NCBI GenBank assembly: GCA_022763365.1
Contig: JALEGN010000013.1
Span: 44,118-108,117, forward strand
Length of the DNA: 64,000 bases
Direction: 5' to 3'
Origin: Minisyncoccota bacterium
GTDB lineage: Bacteria; Patescibacteriota; Minisyncoccia; Phycocordibacterales; UBA1006
In this document: positions 1 to 10,008 of the stretch, one piece after another
Layout: the number at the start of each line of letters is the position of its first letter
Numbering within the stretch: the first letter of the stretch is position 1
Notes under the pieces: generated by a model
What the model was told of the DNA's origin: nothing
Seen by the model: only the letters and a program-made list of their open reading frames with translations
Database searches by the model: none
Made by a program: the position numbers and the translations under genes

Positions 1-195
1 AGTTATGGATTTTTGACCTTCAAGGCTGAAAAACGTGGAGATATTGAGGCGAGAAAGTATTTAAAAAAATTGAAAACGATTTCGCTACAAGAAACCAAAG
101 ATAAAGTAGCAAAATTTGGAACTATAAAGGATTTGTGGTTAGCACATAGTCAATCTAGACTAGTCTTAAGTTCATTATATGACTTACTAGAATAA
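1..195 (+). CDS. 3' end of hypothetical protein (frame open from window start)
   Basis: Frame 1 has no stop from position 1 to TAA at 193-195; converges on mreC. Confidence 0.55.
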   Translation, partial: SYGFLTFKAEKRGDIEARKYLKKLKTISLQETKDKVAKFGTIKDLWLAHSQSRLVLSSLYDLLE

Positions 196-203
196 TAAAA
201 CCC

Positions 204-989
204 TTACTCTGCTTGAGTGAGGGGTTTTTTGATACCGACAAGAGTATGTTGTTTTATATTTACCGGATAGGTTAAATATACTTTTTTGAAAGGGTCACGT
301 GGATCAAATTCAATATCTTTAACCACCGCTATAATATTTCCTGGTTGATTTAATGCGTAGAGAATATCTCCGGCAACCACCTCGATTTCTCGTGGTGAAT
401 CAATGATGAAACTTGAACCTCCAGCTCCTTGCGCGACTAATGATTCATTATGAGGATATAAAATTCCTGTGACTGATTGATCAGCATTTGAATACAAGGT
501 AACACGTGCGGTTGTATTAAATACATCCGATACGTATCCTATCAACACCGTATCTGAAATAATGATTTGATCACCAACACTTACCCCATCGGATTCACCA
601 CGGCCAATAATCATGTTGTCATAACTTGCTAATGAACCATATTCAAGAATAGGCGCTACAAGATCAGCTGTCTCTCTCAGCCCAACAGTTGCCTCTAATT
701 GATCAGATAAATAGCGCGTTCTGATATTATCAACCTCAAGGCGTTCAATCTCACGTTCAAGCTCTTGGTTTCTTTCTAAGATTTCTCCTCTAGCTACAAA
801 TGACTGGAAAAAATTACTTGTTTCGGCATAGAGATCATTTTTATTTTTCCATGATCGAGCAATAATATTTTCGGTCCAATCAAATATCATTCCATATACT
901 GGTGTAAATAAAGCTAAGATTAACAAAATAGTAGCAATACCATAGTTAAGCTGTTTATTTTTTCGATTTCTATCGTAGCGGTAACTCAT
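204..989 (-). CDS. mreC: Rod shape-determining protein MreC
   Basis: N-terminal TM, coiled coil (LERNQELEREIERLE), IIGRGESDGVSVGD motif; overlaps mreB stop. Confidence 0.88.
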   Translation of the reverse strand: MSYRYDRNRKNKQLNYGIATILLILALFTPVYGMIFDWTENIIARSWKNKNDLYAETSNFFQSFVARGEILERNQELEREIERLEVDNIRTRYLSDQLEATVGLRETADLVAPILEYGSLASYDNMIIGRGESDGVSVGDQIIISDTVLIGYVSDVFNTTARVTLYSNADQSVTGILYPHNESLVAQGAGGSSFIIDSPREIEVVAGDILYALNQPGNIIAVVKDIEFDPRDPFKKVYLTYPVNIKQHTLVGIKKPLTQAE

Positions 990-2025
990 CGTCTTCGTGA
1001 ATTAATACTTGCTCGTAATCTTCTAGTCGATCGAGGACAAGACCCGTCCCAACAACTACTGAATATAAAGGTTCCTCGCCAACATAGACTGGGATATCTA
1101 ATTCGTCTTGAAGGAGTTCATTCAATCCTCCAATCATTGCACCACCTCCAACAAGGTGAATACCTTTTTGCATAATATCTGAGACAACTTCTGGTGGTGT
1201 TTTTTCAAGAACCTCTTTTACACCGTCAACCAAAATGGCTATTGAGTGACTAATAGCCTCTCGGATATCATGATTGTTCACCAAAATTTGTCGTGGAAGA
1301 CCCGTGATAATATCACGACCACGTACCTCTGATTCTAATTGTTCATGATCTGAAATGGCGCCAATCTTAATTTTGATTTCTTCCGCTGTTTTTTCTCCAA
1401 CAAGGATTTTAAACTCATCTCGCAGATATAAAATAATATCCTGGTTTAATTTATCTCCGGCAATTTTAAGATTCTTTGATTGAACAACTCCGGCAAGAGA
1501 AATAACCGCAATGTCAGTCGTTCCACCACCAATATCAATAACCATTGACCCAACAGGATCAAGAACTGGAAGGTGGAGTCCGACTGCTGCTGCCATAGGC
1601 TCTTCAATAATATATACTTCGCGAGCTCCCGCATTATGTGCTGCGTCATAGACCGCGCGGTGTTCAACATTCGTAATTCCTGACGGAACCCCAACAATAA
1701 CCCGTGGCCTGAAAACCTTTTTCACCTTTGATTCTGCTTTTCGGATAAGGTATGACAACATTTCCTCTGTCACATCAAAATCAGAAATAACACCATCAAC
1801 TAACGGACGAACAACACGGATATGTCCTGGGTTTCTCCCTAACATTTCTCTTGCATCATTTCCTACCGCCACAACGCGGTTTGTTTTAGTATTTAAGGCA
1901 ACAACTGATGGTTCATTAATCACCACACCTTGTCCTTTGACGTAGACCAATGTATTTGCTGTCCCTAAATCAATCCCAATATCATTAGAAAATTTATTAT
2001 AAAGTTTTTGTAAAAAATTATTCAT
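970..2025 (-). CDS. mreB: Rod shape-determining protein MreB
   Basis: DIGIDLGTANTLV, EEPMAAAVG, DIGGGTTD actin-fold motifs. Confidence 0.98.
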   Translation of the reverse strand: MNNFLQKLYNKFSNDIGIDLGTANTLVYVKGQGVVINEPSVVALNTKTNRVVAVGNDAREMLGRNPGHIRVVRPLVDGVISDFDVTEEMLSYLIRKAESKVKKVFRPRVIVGVPSGITNVEHRAVYDAAHNAGAREVYIIEEPMAAAVGLHLPVLDPVGSMVIDIGGGTTDIAVISLAGVVQSKNLKIAGDKLNQDIILYLRDEFKILVGEKTAEEIKIKIGAISDHEQLESEVRGRDIITGLPRQILVNNHDIREAISHSIAILVDGVKEVLEKTPPEVVSDIMQKGIHLVGGGAMIGGLNELLQDELDIPVYVGEEPLYSVVVGTGLVLDRLEDYEQVLIHEDDELPLR

Positions 2026-2027
2026 AA

Positions 2028-3281
2028 TTATCCTTCGGTGAAGTGTGCAATAACGCGGGCTGGATCAACATATTCTGTCTCTCCCGTTTCTCGTTTTGTT
2101 ATTTCAACACCTCCATTTTCAAGCGATCGCTCGGTATACACAATACGGTATGGCATTCCCATTAAATCTGCATCGGCAAGTTTTTGTCCAGGTCCAGCAT
2201 CGCGATCATCAAATAAGACATCGATTCCAGCATTTTTTAAATCATGATAAAGGCTTTCTGCATCACGGAAAATATTTTCATTTTTCCCAAAGGTTACCAA
2301 GTGAATGGTAAAGGGTGCTATTTCCTCTGGCCAAATAAGCCCTTTGTCATCTGATAAGACCTCAGCAATAGCTCCAATAAGACGAGAGATCCCAATACCA
2401 TATGACCCCATATGAACAAATTGCTCGTTACCATCTTCGTCTTTAAATTTTAGATTTCCAGGTTCTGAAAATTTAGTTCCAAGGTCAAAAATATTCCCTG
2501 TTTCAATGGTTTTTAGTTCAGTAAATTCAGCATCTTTCAGGCCAAGATCCTTTTTAACTTCATCATTAAAGACTTCTTTATTAATAGCTGTTCCTGATTT
2601 TTCATCAAGGTAGATAATATCCTCACCAGCCTCAGAAATCGTTTGAAATTCATGTGAGTATTTCGCAAAACTTCCTCCGGAAGCGAAAGTAAGATATGTC
2701 AAATGACCAATACCTACCCGATTAAAAACATTTGCATAGGCAATTTTACTCTTTTCGTAAAATTCATCATGTTGCTCTTTATTTTCAGAAAATGAATACA
2801 ATGCTTTCCAAAAAAATTCTCGACCTCTCATCAATCCTGACTTAGCACGTTTTTCGTTTCGAAACATAGTTCGAATATCATAAGGATACGCTGGTAAGTC
2901 CTTATATGAAGAAATATATCCTTGCATCATATCAACCGTTGCCTCTTCATGAGTGAAGGCGAGCCCCAATTCAGTTCCATTTTTTAATTCTGTTTTAAAC
3001 CAGTTATCAGTCACTTTATCTGACCACCTGTTGGTAGCTTCCCAAATCTCTTTCTTTTGTAGAGCAGCTGATTGAGTTTCTTGCCCGCCAATAGCATTCA
3101 TTTCCTCACGAATAATATAAGCTATTTTTTCACTCACTTTCACACCAAGTGGTAAAAGTGAATATACTCCTGCCATTGTTTTATGAATATACCCTGCTCG
3201 AATCAATAATTGAGCATTTTTTGAGACTTCATCTGCTGGAGCTTCTTTCCGTGTTTTTGTGAACAACTGTGACTGTTTCAT
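2028..3281 (-). CDS. proS: Proline--tRNA ligase, short form without editing insertion
   Basis: MKQSQLF start, LLIRAGYI, GLMRGREF motif 2, MGSYGIGISRL motif 3, anticodon-binding domain. Confidence 0.95.
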   Translation of the reverse strand: MKQSQLFTKTRKEAPADEVSKNAQLLIRAGYIHKTMAGVYSLLPLGVKVSEKIAYIIREEMNAIGGQETQSAALQKKEIWEATNRWSDKVTDNWFKTELKNGTELGLAFTHEEATVDMMQGYISSYKDLPAYPYDIRTMFRNEKRAKSGLMRGREFFWKALYSFSENKEQHDEFYEKSKIAYANVFNRVGIGHLTYLTFASGGSFAKYSHEFQTISEAGEDIIYLDEKSGTAINKEVFNDEVKKDLGLKDAEFTELKTIETGNIFDLGTKFSEPGNLKFKDEDGNEQFVHMGSYGIGISRLIGAIAEVLSDDKGLIWPEEIAPFTIHLVTFGKNENIFRDAESLYHDLKNAGIDVLFDDRDAGPGQKLADADLMGMPYRIVYTERSLENGGVEITKRETGETEYVDPARVIAHFTEG

Positions 3282-3361
3282 ATATATGTATCGTACCGGA
3301 ATCACTATTTATTTCAAATTAAATAGTTACCAATACACAAATTTTAAATATCTATTTTTAC

Positions 3362-3511
3362 TTGAAAAATAAAGGAATATCAGTAATATAGACATCGTAA
3401 AAACCTGTGGGGCTTATAGCTCCCTCACTGTCGAAGGTGAGATTAAACGATAGTTATTTATTAGTTACAAAACTATTGTGCAGGATTTACCTAATATATT
3501 TATATTGCTAT
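3362..3511 (+). promoter_or_regulatory. rpsB promoter (TTGAAA-16-TAATAT) and structured 5' leader, probable S2 autoregulatory element
   Basis: Closing helix GTAAA..CCTG / CAGG.TTTAC (3397-3490) encloses three hairpins; position upstream of rpsB-tsf. Confidence 0.6.
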
Positions 3512-4189
3512 ATGGCAAAAGTTAACGAGGCTTTGGTAAACGAAATGTTTGAAGCCGGAGCACATGTTGGATACTCAAAAACACGACGTCATCCATCAGC
3601 ACGTGAATTTGTTTTTGATTCACGTCAAAAAAAGGATATTATTGACCTTGAAAAAACAACGACTCAATTAGAAACAGCTCTTGGATTTCTTAAAGAACTT
3701 CAAGGAACTGACAAACAAGTTCTTTTTGTAGGAACTAAAGCAGAAGCAAGGCGACTTATGCGTGAAGCTGCTGAATTAATCGACATGCCATTTGTGACTG
3801 AACGATGGCTTGGAGGAACCCTTACCAACGCAAAAGAAATTCGGTCACGTGTTGATCGACTCATCATGCTTCAAGATCAAGCAGAAAAAGGAGAACTTGT
3901 TGCAGCGACCAAAAAAGAAAAACTCATGCTCGAGCGAGAAATCGAACGACTTGAGAAAAAATTTGGTGGTCTTAAAACTATGAAAAAAGCTCCAGCAGCA
4001 CTTTTCGTAATTGATTCTAAAAAGGAAGAAATTGCGGTTACTGAAGCTCGTCAAATGAATATCCCAGTTATCGCTATTGCAAACACTGACTGTGATGTTT
4101 CAATTATCAACTACCCTATCGTTGCGAACGATACTAACGTTTCATCAATTGCTTTGTTTACCAACAAAGTTGCTGATGTACTAAAATAA
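3512..4189 (+). CDS. rpsB: 30S ribosomal protein S2
   Basis: MFEAGAHVG, FVTERWLGGTLTN, IVANDT motifs. Confidence 0.97.
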   Translation: MAKVNEALVNEMFEAGAHVGYSKTRRHPSAREFVFDSRQKKDIIDLEKTTTQLETALGFLKELQGTDKQVLFVGTKAEARRLMREAAELIDMPFVTERWLGGTLTNAKEIRSRVDRLIMLQDQAEKGELVAATKKEKLMLEREIERLEKKFGGLKTMKKAPAALFVIDSKKEEIAVTEARQMNIPVIAIANTDCDVSIINYPIVANDTNVSSIALFTNKVADVLK

Positions 4190-4194
4190 TCATT

Positions 4195-4647
4195 ATGGAA
4201 ATTTCAGTAGATCAAATTAAAGCTCTTCGAGAAGAAACCGGAGTATCAATTGGAAAATGTAAACAAGCACTTGTTGATGCAGGTGGAGATATGGATAAGG
4301 CAAAAGAACTCATCCGAGAAATCTCTGCAAAGGCAGCAGCTAAAAAAGCTGATCGAGACCTTGGCGCAGGGATTATTGAATCATATATTCACTCAAACAA
4401 AACAATTGGTGTATTAATAAAATTGGCATGCGAAACTGATTACGTTGCACGAAACGAAGATTTCATTAACCTTGCTGGAGATATTGCAATGCATATTGCA
4501 GCAATGGGAACTGAATCAGTTGAAGAATTAGCTGATCAACCTTTTGTTAAAAATCCAGAAATCACTATTTCAAAACTTATTGAAGAAGCAGTACTTAAAA
4601 TTGGAGAACGAATTGAAGTAGCAGAATTCTCCAGATTCTCAATCTAA
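4195..4647 (+). CDS. tsf: Elongation factor Ts (short form)
   Basis: IKALREETG..CKQAL, LACETDYVARN; follows rpsB. Confidence 0.95.
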   Translation: MEISVDQIKALREETGVSIGKCKQALVDAGGDMDKAKELIREISAKAAAKKADRDLGAGIIESYIHSNKTIGVLIKLACETDYVARNEDFINLAGDIAMHIAAMGTESVEELADQPFVKNPEITISKLIEEAVLKIGERIEVAEFSRFSI

Positions 4648-4658
4648 CAATTACGTCT

Positions 4659-4994
4659 ATGATATTTATATACCTCTTTGTTATAGCAATAGTTGGTATG
4701 CTCATAGCAGTACTTATCGAGAGAAAACGAACAAAAAAGTCAGTATTGCAGATTTTAAAAAGTTCGTGTAGTATCGATAGTGTTCAGTTTGAAAAAAGGC
4801 TTGATAGCCTTCAAACAGGAAGTAATACTTTTAAAAAATACCTCTATTCAATAACCCATGTAAGTGCAAAAAAAGCAGTTCGGTATAATGAATTAGCGGT
4901 TAAAAAAATAAAGTATCTCGTTAGAAAAAAATTACATTCTGACACAATAAAAGAAACACCTTCTGAATTCATCTCTCAGATTCATTCAAAATAG
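4659..4994 (+). CDS. Hypothetical protein with N-terminal TM anchor
   Basis: ORF fills the gap between tsf and the tRNA; hydrophobic N-terminus. Confidence 0.65.
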   Translation: MIFIYLFVIAIVGMLIAVLIERKRTKKSVLQILKSSCSIDSVQFEKRLDSLQTGSNTFKKYLYSITHVSAKKAVRYNELAVKKIKYLVRKKLHSDTIKETPSEFISQIHSK

Positions 4995-5004
4995 TGTTTC
5001 TATT

Positions 5005-5077
5005 GCCACCTTAGCTCAGTTGGTAGAGCAATTGTTTTGTAAACAATAGGTCGTCGGTTCGAGCCCGACAGGTGGCT
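5005..5077 (+). tRNA. tRNA-Thr(TGT), CCA not encoded
   Basis: GCCACCT/AGGTGGC acceptor stem, TAGCTCAGTTGGTAGAGC D arm, ATTGT-TTTGTAA-ACAAT anticodon arm, GGTTCGAGCC T loop. Confidence 0.97.
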
Positions 5078-5080
5078 CAT

Positions 5081-5124
5081 AAAACAAAAAAGATACAAGT
5101 TGGTACTTGTATCTTTTTTGTTTT
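5081..5124. terminator. Intrinsic terminator after tRNA-Thr
   Basis: AAAACAAAAAAGATACAAGT-tggt-ACTTGTATCTTTTTTGTTTT perfect inverted repeat. Confidence 0.85.
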
Positions 5125-5228
5125 ACTGAATTACTTTTCTGGTTCCGTCAGGTTTATACTGGGCAAAATTTCAAAGAGTGAAACGACTATGAAATTTTAG
5201 CGTGCAGTAATCCCGATGAATTTAATTT

Positions 5229-6071
5229 TTACAACTCTTGCTGTTTAAATTCTTCCAAATCCTCATCATATACCAGCTCAACTAAATCAGGCTCCCTTCC
5301 ATCAAAAGCAATAGCATATTCATAAACCCCATCAATCTCTCTCATTAATGAAATATCTTCAATATTGATTTCTTCATATCCTTCCAAAGCTTGAATGAAT
5401 TCTTTAGCTTCAGCAACGAGAGCTTCTTGTTCTTTCATTTCTACAAGATTAGGAAATAATTCCTCTAAGTCATCTAGATTCTGTAGACCTTGATAGGTTT
5501 CATCTTGTACAATTAATGTCGGAAATTGTTCACCAAAATCATATAAACTCGTAAAAGTACCAATAACTGAAAAATCTAAATCAGTATCAAAAGAATAAAT
5601 ACGTATATCTGGATACTCCCTTTTAAATTCTGTCAGAATAATTCCTTGCTTTGAACAATCCACGCAATCATCTCCATAAAAATATAAAATTGAATCAATT
5701 TCGGTTTCACATTTTGATGAGAGTTCTTCCATTAACAAATAATCTTTAACTTGAAGGAGAGAATAATATTTTTTTAATTGCAGTACATCAGCATCATCAT
5801 CACCTTGATTTGTTTCAGCGACATCAAGCTTTCTGCCAAACTCACCAAGTTCACGAGATAATACATTATCATCTAATAATTCACATGGGGCTGTTTTCAG
5901 GAGTTCAAACTGTGTTTCCGCCGCAATCAAATCAGCAGTAATTTTACGCTGCAGGTCATCAACATGAGCTAGTTTTTGATTATTCATGAAATTCACCAGA
6001 CCAAATACCACAATAAAAATTCCAATCGTAATCAATAGCACAATAATATATTTTTTACCATCTTTATTCAT
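5229..6071 (-). CDS. Membrane-anchored protein with thioredoxin-like CxxC domain
   Basis: N-terminal TM, YFYGDDCVDC, FPTLIV cis-Pro-like motif. Confidence 0.7.
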   Translation of the reverse strand: MNKDGKKYIIVLLITIGIFIVVFGLVNFMNNQKLAHVDDLQRKITADLIAAETQFELLKTAPCELLDDNVLSRELGEFGRKLDVAETNQGDDDADVLQLKKYYSLLQVKDYLLMEELSSKCETEIDSILYFYGDDCVDCSKQGIILTEFKREYPDIRIYSFDTDLDFSVIGTFTSLYDFGEQFPTLIVQDETYQGLQNLDDLEELFPNLVEMKEQEALVAEAKEFIQALEGYEEINIEDISLMREIDGVYEYAIAFDGREPDLVELVYDEDLEEFKQQEL

Positions 6072-6133
6072 GATGTTCATTGTAATGAGACTTTCCAAAA
6101 AGACAAATAAAAACAATACACAATTGTATTGTT

Positions 6134-7357
6134 TTAACGCCAAGTACCCTTTTTAGCAAAAATTGCATTATATGAAGACTGAATAAGCCAAATTGGTGCA
6201 ATGAAGGTGTACATAAAAAACATATAGAAAATATCAACTGTAAATTTATTCTTGTCATTTACTAATTCTCTCCCAATCCAAATAATCATGAGAGATAGTA
6301 ATACCCCAATCACTGCAAAAATATGCAACTGAGTAATATTAATAAAATACCAATCAATAGCCCAATTAAAATTGGTAGAAAATCCTATGAGAGAGATTTC
6401 CTCAAACCAACGCCATAGCGGCAGAAGGAATAACCATATTGATAGTGGGAATAAAATCACGGTAATAAAAACCCTAAATATTCCGATTGGCAATACCACC
6501 ATGCTGAGCTGCTTATACTCTTTTTTAAACAGAAGACCTCGGTAATCAAACATATTCATAATAAAACCATAGGTCCAACGAATACGTTGCTTGATGAGAG
6601 GTTTTACTTTTCGTGGTCCAACTGTATATACAATCGACTTTTCACTATAGGCAATTTTATATTTATGCTGTTGCATACGCAGTGCAATCTCAGCATCTTC
6701 AGTATGATGAGCTTCTTTATATGGGCCCAAAGTATCAAATACATATTTTCGAAAAACTGAAAACGGACCAGGTGTAATATAAATTGAGTTTATTTTTGCA
6801 AAGGCTTTACGTGCAAAGAGCCCGATATCATATTCAGCCTTTTGAGCCTTTTGCAGGAGTGTTTCGGGTCGCCCAACAATCATTGAGGGAATAGTTGCCA
6901 TAACCTGAGGGTCAGCAAAGTAATCCATATAGTACATAAGAGCATCTTTATCTACCCACGAATCAGCATCCAAAACACCAACAAGTTCGGATTCAATATG
7001 CTCTAAAGCAAAATTGAGGGCTGCAAATTTTGACCCTTCATTTTCTTTTTGTTTCAAAACAACTTGGGGATGATTTTGATATTTTTGAACAACCTGCCAG
7101 GTATCGTCAGTTGACCCATCGTCAACCACCATAATATACAATTTATCTTTTGGATAGTTGAGCTCAAGGAGTGATTCAACGGTTTTAAGAACCGTAGATT
7201 CTTCGTTGAAACAAGGAACAATAATTGTTGTTGTCAGGTATGCAATTGTTTTTTTCTTTTCTTGTTTGTTACCCTCTTTTTTTTCAAAATAACTTACAAG
7301 CAGAAACACTTGAAAATAAAGGGTTATAAACAGAAATACATACAAAAAGTACTCCAT
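6134..7357 (-). CDS. Processive GT2 glycosyltransferase (cellulose synthase/PgaC-like)
   Basis: VPCFNEE, VDDGSTD, LDADS, TED, QRIRW motifs and flanking TMs. Confidence 0.93.
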   Translation of the reverse strand: MEYFLYVFLFITLYFQVFLLVSYFEKKEGNKQEKKKTIAYLTTTIIVPCFNEESTVLKTVESLLELNYPKDKLYIMVVDDGSTDDTWQVVQKYQNHPQVVLKQKENEGSKFAALNFALEHIESELVGVLDADSWVDKDALMYYMDYFADPQVMATIPSMIVGRPETLLQKAQKAEYDIGLFARKAFAKINSIYITPGPFSVFRKYVFDTLGPYKEAHHTEDAEIALRMQQHKYKIAYSEKSIVYTVGPRKVKPLIKQRIRWTYGFIMNMFDYRGLLFKKEYKQLSMVVLPIGIFRVFITVILFPLSIWLFLLPLWRWFEEISLIGFSTNFNWAIDWYFINITQLHIFAVIGVLLSLMIIWIGRELVNDKNKFTVDIFYMFFMYTFIAPIWLIQSSYNAIFAKKGTWR

Positions 7358-7419
7358 AACTACACGCATCCTACCTGATGCCTTATTTTTTTCAAATAAA
7401 AAACCTGTAGAAAACAGGT

Positions 7420-8469
7420 TTAAGTATTAATTTTTACATATGATGGGATAAATAATCCCTTAGTTCCAGGAAAAGAATCAAGTGCTCGATATAAAGACGA
7501 ACTAATCATTTTTGACTCTGGTTCCGCAAAATATACTGCTGTTACTACCGACGGATCTATACGGTGATTAATATCAAAAATTTTATTTTCATAAACCGCA
7601 TCTTCGTGATTTCGAATACCACGAATCATAACTCTACAACCTAATTCTTTAACGAGAAAGGATGTAAGTTTCTGAGTTGGCTCTACAAAAAATACCTTGT
7701 TTTGAAATTCCATAGGGAGATTTTCTTCCAGTGGTAAGGGGTATTTTTCTGCCATAGCTATTTTTTCAGGATTAAGGGCCTGAACTATATAGACACGATC
7801 ATAAGACACCAAGGCTTGCTTAACAATTGACTCGTGTCCGTAGGTAAACGGAAGAAAAGAACCTGTAAAAGCTACCCAGTTTTCATTACGATTAAATTTT
7901 GCTTTTAGCCAATCTTGCAACAAAGAAGTATTAATATCAGGTATTTCACTATCAATTGTATCAATAATAAAATCTGCTGCTCTACAAAACTCTTCGTATG
8001 AACGTTGGCTTTTATCAATTAATTCAATCTGCTCTAGTGTCTTTTTTCGATGAGCCTTAATTCGATTATAACGAATTGAATCATCCGAACATACTACAGA
8101 AATAGTAGCAGTAAGCTCAATATCAATAGGTAGGGCTGATTCAATGAAAATAAATTCATGCTCTGTTTCAGCAATACAATCTTGAATATATCGACGTACT
8201 GCAGGATGAACAATTTCTTCCATAGCCTGTTTTTTTGATTTTGAAGCAAAAATAACTTTGCCGATTCGTTTTCTATCTTCTGATTTTTTCATTGAAAACT
8301 CAAAACCAAAAAGTTCTACAAGTTCATGATATATATTCCCTGTAGCCATAATTCGATGAGCAATTTCATCAGTAAAAAGATACTTACCTGGGAAATCTTT
8401 TTCCAAACTACGCATAAGCAAACTCTTGCCGGCACCAATTTGACCGGTTACATATATTATTTTTTTCAT
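7420..8469 (-). CDS. Fused dephospho-CoA kinase (CoaE, N-term) and phosphopantetheine adenylyltransferase (CoaD, C-term)
   Basis: TGQIGAGKS P-loop, DEIAH, IVHPAV, ADFIID; then FTGSFLPFTYGH, IRGIR..D..YE, ISSS. Confidence 0.85.
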   Translation of the reverse strand: MKKIIYVTGQIGAGKSLLMRSLEKDFPGKYLFTDEIAHRIMATGNIYHELVELFGFEFSMKKSEDRKRIGKVIFASKSKKQAMEEIVHPAVRRYIQDCIAETEHEFIFIESALPIDIELTATISVVCSDDSIRYNRIKAHRKKTLEQIELIDKSQRSYEEFCRAADFIIDTIDSEIPDINTSLLQDWLKAKFNRNENWVAFTGSFLPFTYGHESIVKQALVSYDRVYIVQALNPEKIAMAEKYPLPLEENLPMEFQNKVFFVEPTQKLTSFLVKELGCRVMIRGIRNHEDAVYENKIFDINHRIDPSVVTAVYFAEPESKMISSSLYRALDSFPGTKGLFIPSYVKINT

Positions 8470-8548
8470 ATAAAATAAATTTTATTTAAAATGTATTTAA
8501 TAAAATCATACATTTTATATTTGTAAAAATCAATAAAAAACTTATGAA

Positions 8549-8977
8549 TTACTTCATAAGTTTGTTCATTTCATCTTTAACTTCCTGTTGTCGTTTTTTT
8601 GCAAAATCCTCTCCTTTATCAAGGAGTTCATCAATCTTATCATGAGCCTTGTCTCCTAAATCAGTTATTTTTTGAATGATTTTTTGTGTACCTTTTTTTA
8701 CTGCCGCACTAGTATCAGCAATTTCTTCATCCATTTTTTTTGCTTCTGTATGTTCTTCTTCTGCCAAAGCCTGTGGAAAGACTCGTTTGAAAATAAGAAC
8801 CGCTACAAATACATACATTACCCCAAAAGCAATACGAGAAAGAAATCCAAATACATGCGCAAAAACATGAAAATCAAAACCTAATACTAATCCAATCCCC
8901 ACACTGGCAATATCAACCGCAATAATAATTTTAATCCAATCAATCCACGTTTTTTTCTTTAATTCTTTCATTATCAT
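8549..8977 (-). CDS. Hypothetical membrane protein (2 TM, charged helical tail)
   Basis: ORF with leaderless TATACT promoter. Confidence 0.7.
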   Translation of the reverse strand: MIMKELKKKTWIDWIKIIIAVDIASVGIGLVLGFDFHVFAHVFGFLSRIAFGVMYVFVAVLIFKRVFPQALAEEEHTEAKKMDEEIADTSAAVKKGTQKIIQKITDLGDKAHDKIDELLDKGEDFAKKRQQEVKDEMNKLMK

Positions 8978-8995
8978 ATATTTAGTATATCAAAA

Positions 8996-9484
8996 TTAAA
9001 TACAAGATTTAACACTTCCAACAACAACGCGATTATTATTAATGCTTGTTCGTCCATTTCCATCAAAACAAATCCAACCATCACCATTTAACTTGATTTC
9101 AATCCACCATGGGCTCCCACTTGAGCCTACCCCATTTACAGATCCTGCAAATTGCATAGGAAGTCCTGCACCAGTTGGATTATAGTCTGCTCCAGCAGTA
9201 TCATAACAAACGTTATTTATCGTTCCGCTATTACCTGCTAACAAATATGCCTCTATAAATAAATCCCCTGAACTTGTTCCAGGTGAACAAATGGTGTCGT
9301 AATTACCAAGCTCACCAGCAACTATCTCAGCCTCTGTACGAAATTGATTAACAAGAGCTTTGATTTTTGCATCTCGAGCTCTATCGCGTGCATCACCAAG
9401 TGAGCCTAAAATAATGGTAGCAAGAACACCAATAATAGAAATGACTACCAATAATTCAATTAGAGTAAAGCCTTTGTTTTTCAT
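8996..9484 (-). CDS. Type IV pilin-like protein
   Basis: Class III signal KGFTLIELLVVISIIGVLA, ARDRARDA, C-terminal Cys pairs. Confidence 0.92.
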   Translation of the reverse strand: MKNKGFTLIELLVVISIIGVLATIILGSLGDARDRARDAKIKALVNQFRTEAEIVAGELGNYDTICSPGTSSGDLFIEAYLLAGNSGTINNVCYDTAGADYNPTGAGLPMQFAGSVNGVGSSGSPWWIEIKLNGDGWICFDGNGRTSINNNRVVVGSVKSCI

Positions 9485-9518
9485 AAGGTCAGTATAACAA
9501 AAAACACCCTTTCAGGTA

Positions 9519-9899
9519 TTACATTTCTTCGTCTGTTAGATAAAAGAATTCTTCCCAAACTATTTTTCCATCTTTAACTTTATAGACTGCTAATTCTGAC
9601 ATTGTTTCTCGATGGCCTGATGGTTTATGTGTTGTATCCATGGTGATTGAAACAGAGAAATAATTGTCTGCGACGACTGGTTCTGACATAGATGCTGAAT
9701 GGAGTTCAAAACTCTCTTCCCACCAATCAGCTTTCTTTTTAATTCCATCGAAACCAAAAACCTCTCTAAATTCTCCACCTTGCTCACGACTTACGATATC
9801 AGGACTGAAAAGATCACGATAGGGCTCTTCATAAGGAGCTTCCATATGGCCACTATTAAATAATGCTACTAATTTTTCTGCTACTTGTCGTGTATTCAT
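9519..9899 (-). CDS. SnoaL-like/NTF2 family protein
   Basis: LFSPDIVSRE, ELAVYKVKDGKIVWEEFFY. Confidence 0.85.
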   Translation of the reverse strand: MNTRQVAEKLVALFNSGHMEAPYEEPYRDLFSPDIVSREQGGEFREVFGFDGIKKKADWWEESFELHSASMSEPVVADNYFSVSITMDTTHKPSGHRETMSELAVYKVKDGKIVWEEFFYLTDEEM

Positions 9900-10008
9900 A
9901 ACAGTATTAGTATACCAAAAATCACTCTACTTCTAGAATTGTTTTAAGCCCTGGCAGACTAGAATTCAAACTTGCTCATTTTATTTTAAGAGGTTTATTT
10001 ATACATAT

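Noticed and set aside
4195-4647. Short EF-Ts (150 aa) and ProRS without editing domain as possible pseudogenes
   Set aside because: Core motifs are intact; short forms are expected in reduced genomes of this type
9900-10008. Intergenic stretch with a CTAGAATT direct repeat
   Set aside because: 8-bp A/T-rich repeat with no stable structure or ORF
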